A stretch of DNA of 64,000 nucleotides, taken from Candidatus Bathyarchaeota archaeon. Lineage in GTDB: Archaea; Thermoproteota; Bathyarchaeia; Bathyarchaeales; Bathycorpusculaceae. This document shows positions 10,727-17,802 of this stretch, piece after piece (the first letter of the stretch is position 1; every line of letters begins with the position of its first letter). Location: NCBI GenBank assembly GCA_963702095.1, contig OY969706.1:1184001-1248000 (forward strand), read 5' to 3'. A model generated the notes under the pieces. That model was not told where the DNA came from, did no database searches, and was given only the letters and a program-made list of their open reading frames with translations. Made by a program: the position numbers and the translations under genes.

Positions 10727-10871
10727 GCTTAACTCTTCCTTTTACTCTCTTTTCATATTCTTCTTCAGTTATGATGCCTTTTTCAATGAGTAAGTCTACT
10801 AGGGCTGATTGCATGTCGTCTAAGAGATCTATTTCTTCTAATGGTTCTCTTTCAATTTTTGTTTTCTTCAT
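10719..10871 (-). CDS. Small hypothetical protein (50 aa, SHOCT-like)
   Basis: LVDLLIEKGIITEEEY; ATG at 10871 overlaps the upstream RHH gene. Confidence 0.6.
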   Translation of the reverse strand: MKKTKIEREPLEEIDLLDDMQSALVDLLIEKGIITEEEYEKRVKGRVKLK

Positions 10872-11025
10872 GTTTCCCACCTTTCGCCAAGTATCCTTGT
10901 TCACTTAACCAATTCATAATAATGGTTCTTAAAGTATCACTGTAGCCCTCGCCCACTTTGCCAACAACTTCCTTATCCAAGATTTCAACCACTCCATCAG
11001 GCAGACTAACGATTATTTTCTTCAT
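10852..11025 (-). CDS. CopG/RHH-type DNA-binding protein (57 aa, absent from ORF track)
   Basis: MKKIIVSLPDGVVEILDKEVVGKVGEGYSDTLRTIIMNWLSEQGYL...; ATGA overlap with the transposase stop. Confidence 0.7.
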   Translation of the reverse strand: MKKIIVSLPDGVVEILDKEVVGKVGEGYSDTLRTIIMNWLSEQGYLAKGGKHEENKN

Positions 11026-11930
11026 TTACTAACCACCTTCAATCCTTCCTCTTTCTCAACTTTGTTACTCAAAGCATTAACTAAAAGCATGGCTTCTCTT
11101 TTTGTTGCTTCACTAATCAACCCTTTCCAAGTATTAGGCACGTTCATCCGTGCAGCTTGAGCGGGAGTTTTACCGCCTAGACTTTGATGCGGTCTAATAC
11201 AGTTATAATAGACGCTCCAACCTTCAAGCAACAGTTTTGTTGAATCATAGCTTTTTAGCCCTCTCATGCAACGTGTTCTATCTTTGAGTGTTCCATGCAA
11301 CCGCTCAACAATGTTGTTGGTTTCTCTTGCTCTAATCCCAACCCTCTGGACTAACTCAACCCTTGTATCCTTTCGCATGGTATAGAATACTTTGTTAAAA
11401 GCACTCTTGTAAACATGGCTTCCATCAACGAATACTGCTCTTGGGCGAACTTTGCTTTGGTCAACGCCTTTCTTGAAGATACTTACCGTATCTTCAAAAG
11501 TACGGGTATTTGAAAGGTGAGAAGCAACCATGAAACGTGTATCTTCGTCTATCATTTCCCAGAACCAAATACTGCGCCCTTCACAACTTAGCATAGTTTC
11601 GTCTTCATGCCATAGACCTGAAAGTTGAGGAATTTGAGACAGCATATATTCTTTGGCAAGCTCAGAATACTTCTTTATCCAATTCAGAACCGTAACTTGA
11701 GAAACCTTTTCCCCAAAAATCTGCTCAATATTCTTGCGAGTCTTTCTAAGAGACATACCATCGTAGTAGAAGTTTAGGGCAGCAACAATCATGTTTTGTT
11801 CGTTTCTCATTCGTGAGAATTTTCCGTTTGGTACAAAGATGTGACCGCAATCTTTACACTTGTAAGTTTGTTTGTTGTGGCGTATGCCTTTTTTGGTGAC
11901 GTTTTCTGAGTTGCAGTATTTACAGTTCAT
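11022..11930 (-). CDS. IS6-like DDE transposase with N-terminal Zn ribbon
   Basis: CKYC...CKDC, HTH, WHEDET, FVDG, NNIVERLHGTLKDR and YNCIRPHQSL; TATA-like TTATAAAT about 45 bp upstream. Confidence 0.9.
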   Translation of the reverse strand: MNCKYCNSENVTKKGIRHNKQTYKCKDCGHIFVPNGKFSRMRNEQNMIVAALNFYYDGMSLRKTRKNIEQIFGEKVSQVTVLNWIKKYSELAKEYMLSQIPQLSGLWHEDETMLSCEGRSIWFWEMIDEDTRFMVASHLSNTRTFEDTVSIFKKGVDQSKVRPRAVFVDGSHVYKSAFNKVFYTMRKDTRVELVQRVGIRARETNNIVERLHGTLKDRTRCMRGLKSYDSTKLLLEGWSVYYNCIRPHQSLGGKTPAQAARMNVPNTWKGLISEATKREAMLLVNALSNKVEKEEGLKVVSK

Positions 11931-12054
11931 CGGTTCACACACTCTTACAGCAATACTATAGTAAGCCTACAGTATTTATAACTTGTGGTACTCTCAAGGG
12001 ACTCTTACAACACTACCACAAAAGTTAAATCATATTTTACCCATAACATAAGCA

Positions 12055-12132
12055 TGGCGACTGGAAGGGGATTTGAACCCCCGATCAACCGCTTAGTGGG
12101 CGATGGCTATGTCCATGCTAAGCAATCCAGTC
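12055..12132 (-). tRNA. Atypical tRNA or tRNA-like gene, anticodon ACT, encoded CCA
   Basis: GACTGGA TT GCTTAGCATGGACATAGC C ATCGC CCACTAA GCGGT TGATC GGGGG TTCAAAT CCCCT TCCAGTC G CCA; all four stems pair. Confidence 0.85.
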
Positions 12133-12207
12133 ACTTATCGTTAGGGAAACACTGCGGGCGCAGGTCGGACGCAATGTTCCCTAACGGTCACTCCAGTCAA
12201 AGAATGA

Positions 12208-12927
12208 CTATGATACTTTTTCTGTTTGGAGTTTAGTCTTTTGTAGCTTTAACCATGCCTTAATCGCTTCAAGCTGTGACTCGACAAACTCTATGGCAAT
12301 TATGTCTTTTTTAACCCATATGTTATATTCATCGGACGAACCATAGGATACAACACCTGACGGTTGGCTTGGTTGCCTGACTTGAAATGATGAGGAAAGG
12401 TTAGCTGGTCTTTCTTCCATATCTTGTTCTGTCCTCCTATCGTCCTCGTAATTACTCTCTGAGGATGTTGACGGAAAACAGAATGCGACTGATTCAGTAT
12501 ATAGCTTGGCTACCTTTTCATACTTTGATTGTGCTATTTGTCTATCTACATGTAGCTTATCTACCAAATAACTGCAGAACTCGCCAGAAAGTGCTTTTGT
12601 TCCATAGTCCTTTCGTATCCTGACCCAAAGTTCAATTTTATTAAAAATAGTTTCTTTCGTAGCTTGAAGTTCTTGGGGTGTTAACGGATTAACAAGTTTT
12701 TCTGCAAGGTCTGTCGTATGTAGCAATCCTCTTCCTTCAGCAAGACCATATCTTTTAAGCGAGAACAAAATCATACCCGTCCACCCTCCACGAGCAGATA
12801 TGTTGAGCTTTTCGGCAAGTAGTTGAACGCTCATAGACTGACCTGAAAAATCATAGATTATTTTAGCCGTCTTGTATGCCTCGGGGACAGATATGTCGGG
12901 GTACTTATAACTGCCTATACTTCCCAT
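12208..12927 (-). CDS. Hypothetical wHTH protein (DUF5343-like), transposon cargo
   Basis: YPDISVPEA...LAEKL...SLKRYGLAEG...TDLAEKLVNP pattern; family assignment from memory. Confidence 0.6.
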   Translation of the reverse strand: MGSIGSYKYPDISVPEAYKTAKIIYDFSGQSMSVQLLAEKLNISARGGWTGMILFSLKRYGLAEGRGLLHTTDLAEKLVNPLTPQELQATKETIFNKIELWVRIRKDYGTKALSGEFCSYLVDKLHVDRQIAQSKYEKVAKLYTESVAFCFPSTSSESNYEDDRRTEQDMEERPANLSSSFQVRQPSQPSGVVSYGSSDEYNIWVKKDIIAIEFVESQLEAIKAWLKLQKTKLQTEKVS

Positions 12928-13080
12928 TACTAATACCTGCAATAGTATCTATAATAAGTTACTAATAAAGTTACTGTAAGGCGCAATTCACAGTATATTT
13001 TAGCGTATAAAACTACTTGAAAAACTTTCTGTAAATGTAAACCCCACTATAAAGTAGAAAAAATTTCAGAGTTTTTGTCG

Positions 13081-13111
13081 GGTAACTTAACTTAACAGTA
13101 TCCTTAGGGGA
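13081..13111 (-). repeat. Right TIR (13081-13102) plus target-site duplication (13103-13111)
   Basis: ggtaacttaacttaacagtatc|cttagggga. Confidence 0.93.
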
Positions 13112-13271
13112 TAGCGTTTATTAGTATCGAAATTCATTGTTAAAAATGCCGAACCGCGAGTTAAGGAGACTTTGTGGCGTCAAACGCTTGTTTGATACTG
13201 CAAAGATAATAACGGCTGACCCGTGACCCTCGTGTTCGAGATAGCCGATTATACAAGTTTAGAAAGGATGT

Positions 13272-13676
13272 TTGAAGTTGGCAGCATCTAAAAAAACTAT
13301 ACTCGTTGTGGATGATGACAAATCGATACTGCGAACCTTCACAAGGATTCTGCAGAAAAGCGGTTATGAAATAGTGACGGCAGAGACTGGGAAAGAAGCT
13401 ATAGAGAAAGCTGAGGTACAGCACTACGATTTAGCCCTCGTAGACATCAGGCTACCCGATATGGACGGCACTGATTTGCTTGCTAAACTCAAAAAGCAGC
13501 TTCAAAACACCGTGAAAATCATGATTACAGGTTTTCCGTCGCTTGAAACAGGCGTGAAAGCTCTTGATGAGGGTGCAGACGCCTATTTGGTTAAGCCAGT
13601 GAAGCCGCAGGAACTGCTTGTTCTCCTAGAAGAGAAGCTTAAGAACCGTGAAGAATCCGCGGAAGTCAGCCATTAA
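13272..13676 (+). CDS. Single-domain response regulator receiver
   Basis: LVVDDD, DIRLPDMDG, TG and YLVKP. Confidence 0.9.
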   Translation: MKLAASKKTILVVDDDKSILRTFTRILQKSGYEIVTAETGKEAIEKAEVQHYDLALVDIRLPDMDGTDLLAKLKKQLQNTVKIMITGFPSLETGVKALDEGADAYLVKPVKPQELLVLLEEKLKNREESAEVSH

Positions 13677-13744
13677 CCTCTCTTTCATTTTATTGTTCAA
13701 CATCTGACTAATTGTAACAATTAACTCTACTTGTTTGGATAAGA

Positions 13745-15034
13745 TTGAGTTTTAAGAGACAATTTCTGTTAGCCTATGTCCTCTTAGGATTGTTTGTTAT
13801 CTCTGCCGCTATGCCCTTCTATCAAGAAGCTGCTGAGCAGACTTCCGCTCTTTACTTAGCCCAAAAAGCATTTCCCAATTTAACGTTTAACCATCCAGTC
13901 GGCTTATTCTCAGACCCAACCGGGGCAAACAGGCTTTTTGTTATAGAGCAGTCTGGCGTAATCAAGGTCTTTAGCAACACCCAAAACGTATCTGGTTCGG
14001 CAGTGTTTCTCGACATAACAGACCGCGTTTTATACGGTGGCGAACAGGGCCTTTTAGGCGTAGCCTTCGACCCAAACTACACTCAAAGCCACAACTTTTA
14101 TGTCGACTACGTTGCAGATAACCCCCGCCGCTCGGTAATAGCCCGCTACACCGCAGACCAAAACAACCCTGACCTCGCATACCCCAACAGCCAGCAAGTC
14201 ATACTGGAGATAAGCCAGCCCTACAGCAACCACAAAGGCGGAGAACTCGCATTTGGACCCGACGGCTACCTCTATATCGGCGTCGGCGACGGCGGCTCAG
14301 AAGGCGACCCCAACGGCAACGGCCAGAACCGTTCAATCTTGCTTGGAAAAATCCTCCGAATAGACGTGAACTCGCAGTCGAACGGACGAAACTACGGCAT
14401 CCCCGCAGACAACCCATTTGTCGGCAACACTGATGGTTTCCTCGAAGAAATCTACGCTTACGGCTTACGCAACCCTTGGCGGTTCAGCTTTGACCCCGCA
14501 ACAGGTCAGCTTTGGGTTGGCGATGTGGGACAGGACAGGCTCGAAGAAATCGATTTGGTTGAGAAAGGCAAAAACTACGGGTGGAACACTATGGAGGGCA
14601 CACTCTGTTATAATCCGCCGAGCGGCTGCAACGGGACAGGGCTTACCCTGCCCATCTGGAATTATACGCATGATTTGGGCAACGCGATTATCGGCGGCTA
14701 CGTTTACCATGGCAAAGCCCTTCCCGCACTGGATGGGGCATACGTCTATGGCGACTATGGCTCAGGCAGAATATGGGCACTCCGCTATAGCGGCACCGCT
14801 GCAAACACGCTGATGGTTGATTCTGGGCAGAGCATTACCTCTTTTGGATTAGACCAAAACCAGGAACTCTACTTCACATCCTCCAACGGCAACATTTACA
14901 CCCTGTCTGCGCCTGCCGTGCCCGAGTTTCCCCTGCCGATTCAAACTGGACTCGCACTTATGCTTGTCCTTTTTGCCGTATTAATGGTTCTTGCTCGGCT
15001 GACCAAGGAACCCTTTAGAAAAATCAACCGGTGA
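13745..15034 (+). CDS. PQQ-dependent sugar dehydrogenase (GSDH/Asd family) with PEF-CTERM-like anchor
   Basis: GEQGLLG, NHKGG, FGPDGYLY, YGLRNPWR and VPEFP+TM+basic tail. Confidence 0.88.
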   Translation: MSFKRQFLLAYVLLGLFVISAAMPFYQEAAEQTSALYLAQKAFPNLTFNHPVGLFSDPTGANRLFVIEQSGVIKVFSNTQNVSGSAVFLDITDRVLYGGEQGLLGVAFDPNYTQSHNFYVDYVADNPRRSVIARYTADQNNPDLAYPNSQQVILEISQPYSNHKGGELAFGPDGYLYIGVGDGGSEGDPNGNGQNRSILLGKILRIDVNSQSNGRNYGIPADNPFVGNTDGFLEEIYAYGLRNPWRFSFDPATGQLWVGDVGQDRLEEIDLVEKGKNYGWNTMEGTLCYNPPSGCNGTGLTLPIWNYTHDLGNAIIGGYVYHGKALPALDGAYVYGDYGSGRIWALRYSGTAANTLMVDSGQSITSFGLDQNQELYFTSSNGNIYTLSAPAVPEFPLPIQTGLALMLVLFAVLMVLARLTKEPFRKINR

Positions 15035-15140
15035 ACCACTCGATTTTTGCAGGTAATGCAAGGTTAACTTGCAGGCTTATTTAATGCAGAAGATTTAGGC
15101 GATAAGCTTTGCTGATCTGCGGAAGGCTTAAGAGGGGTGG

Positions 15141-16052
15141 TTGTGTTGCGGGGGTATGCTGCAGGATTTGAGGGGTTTTGCCCAGTTTATCTCCGTCGAA
15201 CGAGGCTTAATGCTATTCATGATTTCGGTCGGCGCCACCTTTTTAGCAGCTAAAGCCTTCGCTTGGCCCACAGCGCTCTTTTTAGGCGTTATCATCTTCT
15301 GCATTTGGAGTGCCGTTGACGCCGTAAACAACCTCTGCGACGTAGACTTAGATGTTCTGTCCGATCCTAACCGGGCGCATTTCACTCGAAAACTTGGCAA
15401 ATACGGCTTGGCTGTTGCCGCCGGGTTTACTGCTTTGTCGTTGGCTTTGGGGGCTGTTACGTTGATGCCGTTTGTGGTGCTGTTTATCGGTTTAGGCATC
15501 CTGTTTGGCGTTTTGTATTCTGCTCCGCCTTTTAGACTTCGCAAAACCGCTTACAAACCACTCGTTAACTTCACGGTAGGCGCCGTGCCCATGATGATAA
15601 TCGCGGCTTTCTTCAACGCCTTCACCCCAAGCATCATAGTTTTGATCCTGCTGATCGGCGTAACCACAGCAATCAACAGCCTCTGGGAGGACTTGGCAGA
15701 TTACGCCTCGGATTTCCACAGCGGCTCACGCACCATACCGATTATCCTTGGGTTCAGACGCGGCCTGCTATTCACAATCGTCATGGGTTACTTGATGATT
15801 CCACTGATGGTTCTGGTGGGAGTGCTGTTTCAGTTGCCGATTATTTACTATACAGCATTGGCGGCGCTGTCGATTTTCATCACCCTGCGCTTAATCCAGA
15901 AAAGACAAACTATCTTCAAAGAAGACAGCGCAGACAACAAGAAACTCTTCAAAGTCGGCGAAGTATTAGCCAAAGACTTCGTTATAATCGCCATAGTATT
16001 TACGCTGAGCTTGATGCTGAGTAGCCTGCTGAGAATCAATCCGTTATTCTAA
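15141..16052 (+). CDS. UbiA-family prenyltransferase
   Basis: NNLCDVDLD, YSAPPFRLR and EDLADYASD; multi-TM; start may be ATG 15156. Confidence 0.85.
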   Translation: MCCGGMLQDLRGFAQFISVERGLMLFMISVGATFLAAKAFAWPTALFLGVIIFCIWSAVDAVNNLCDVDLDVLSDPNRAHFTRKLGKYGLAVAAGFTALSLALGAVTLMPFVVLFIGLGILFGVLYSAPPFRLRKTAYKPLVNFTVGAVPMMIIAAFFNAFTPSIIVLILLIGVTTAINSLWEDLADYASDFHSGSRTIPIILGFRRGLLFTIVMGYLMIPLMVLVGVLFQLPIIYYTALAALSIFITLRLIQKRQTIFKEDSADNKKLFKVGEVLAKDFVIIAIVFTLSLMLSSLLRINPLF

Positions 16053-16118
16053 CTCCGATGACCTGACAGAGTCAAGAACCCTTAAATTTCTGTCCCTCAC
16101 TAATTCTATGGTGTCAAC

Positions 16119-17579
16119 TTGAAAAGGGCATTCAGCGTTCTTCTTATTACTCTAATACTCTGCGGGACAGCCGCTGGTTCCGTCTTTTTCGGCACGACAC
16201 AGGCTTCAACTTTCTTCGGCGGTATAATAAGCACCGATACCAAATGGACCCAAGCGAATAGCCCATACACCCTTACAGGCTCAGTTGGCATACCAAGCGG
16301 CAGAACCCTAACGATAGAACCGGGCGTCACAATAAACTTGGGCAGTTACTACATACAGGTAAACGGTACCCTGCAGGCACAAGGTAGTCCAGCAAACCCC
16401 ATCCACTTCAACGACGGCTCAAGCTCAACAACGTCGAGTGCCGGGCTCCTTTTTATGGCATCGGCTTCCGGAGGCATAATAGAGAGCACTGTCCTTAACC
16501 ATACAAACATAGAGGTTGACGGTGCCTCGCCTAAAATCATCAACTGCACCTTCAACAGTCGAATAACAATTTTCACGGGCTCCCCCCAGATTAATGGCAA
16601 CCGTTTTGTCACAGGCGACGGCTTAGTGCTCTACGACTCAAGCGCCGTCATCTCCAACAACGTATTCACCGATAACTATCAGGCGATTTATGTGGGCTCA
16701 AACCAATTCTGCTCCTCGCCCCTCATCGAGCGCAACCTAATTGCTAATAACACCTATGGCATTATGATGCCCGTTTCAGCCACATTCAATCCCATCCTCA
16801 GAAACAACACCCTCGCCAACAATACCGATGGCATCGACATTTGGAACGGCGGTGTTCCCCTGCCAACAATTCAATACAACAACATCTATGGGAACAGCGG
16901 CTATAACATCCATTTGACAAACATAAAAGTAAACATTGACGCCTCAGAGAACTGGTGGGGAACCACCGATGAACAAACAATCAGCCAGTCAATTCTAGAC
17001 TTCAACGACGACTTCACATTGGGCAACGTAACCTTCAAGCCTTATCTAACCGAACCCAACCCAGAAGCAATGCCGGACGCAGCCATAACGGCTCAGCTTC
17101 CAGTGCAGAACCCCACTGAAACACCGCCGTCCACCGCTGAACCAACAATTCAGCCCAATGCCACACTGGATGCCGGCAAATTTAACATAGAATCAAACAG
17201 TACAGTCACCGAATTCTCATTCAACAGTTCAATCCCAGAATTGACCTTCACCGTTAGTGGTCCCGACGGTTCCACAGGCTACGTTAAAGCCACAATCTCC
17301 AAAGACTTCATACCCTCAGCCGACAACATCAAAGTCTACCTGGACTGCAACCTAACCGACCGCACGATAGATTCAAGCGGAAACTCCTGGATTGTCATGT
17401 TCACCTATCATCATAGTATCCACCGTGTCGCCATAAACGGGGTCGGCGGAGACTCTGAAGCTGGGGCGTTTCCAAGTTGGGTATGGTACACAGCGGCAGG
17501 GGCAGTAGCAGCCGGCTTGGTAGTCGCCGTTGGGTTGCTTGTGTTGTTGACGAGGGCTAAAGCCAAACAAACGCTTTAG
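16119..17579 (+). CDS. Secreted parallel beta-helix (NosD-like) surface protein with C-terminal TM
   Basis: Signal peptide, WTQANSPY, N-rich repeats and NWWG. Confidence 0.8.
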   Translation: MKRAFSVLLITLILCGTAAGSVFFGTTQASTFFGGIISTDTKWTQANSPYTLTGSVGIPSGRTLTIEPGVTINLGSYYIQVNGTLQAQGSPANPIHFNDGSSSTTSSAGLLFMASASGGIIESTVLNHTNIEVDGASPKIINCTFNSRITIFTGSPQINGNRFVTGDGLVLYDSSAVISNNVFTDNYQAIYVGSNQFCSSPLIERNLIANNTYGIMMPVSATFNPILRNNTLANNTDGIDIWNGGVPLPTIQYNNIYGNSGYNIHLTNIKVNIDASENWWGTTDEQTISQSILDFNDDFTLGNVTFKPYLTEPNPEAMPDAAITAQLPVQNPTETPPSTAEPTIQPNATLDAGKFNIESNSTVTEFSFNSSIPELTFTVSGPDGSTGYVKATISKDFIPSADNIKVYLDCNLTDRTIDSSGNSWIVMFTYHHSIHRVAINGVGGDSEAGAFPSWVWYTAAGAVAAGLVVAVGLLVLLTRAKAKQTL

Positions 17580-17610
17580 TATAATTGTTTACCGAAAAGG
17601 GTTGTTTTGT

Positions 17611-17736
17611 CTGTTCTGCTTGTTGCAAGCTGCACAACCAGCCAGCAACCTAAACCAGACGCAGAACACAAAACACAAACCCTCACACAAGCCACTGGTT
17701 GTTGTTGTGTATAAGACGTCTCCAGCAACAACTACA
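17611..17736 (+). repeat. Dispersed intergenic element, copy A
   Basis: Shares blocks with 53800-53930: tctgcttg, cacaaccagcc-gcaacc, cagacgcaga, tgttgttgtgtata and acaactac. Confidence 0.7.
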
Positions 17737-17802
17737 AAATAAAAAATTTTATCCACCGATAAATAGGGGAGGGGAGGTCAGCCGAGAGCAACAGCGTTCG
17801 TT

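Larger units (their letters stand above)
9229..13102. mobile_element. Complete cargo-carrying IS6-like transposon, 3,874 bp
   Basis: Perfect 22-bp TIRs GATACTGTTAAGTTAAGTTACC at 9229-9250 and 13081-13102; 9-bp direct repeat CTTAGGGGA on both flanks; internal DDE transposase; interior visibly more AT-rich than flanks. Confidence 0.93.

Noticed and set aside
12092-12100. IS-borne tRNA as an amber (CUA) suppressor or tRNA-Pyl
   Set aside because: CUA lies at loop positions 35-37, not 34-36, and the body lacks tRNA-Pyl features.
11985-12236. 83-aa plus-strand ORF inside the transposon
   Set aside because: Antisense shadow of the tRNA-like gene.
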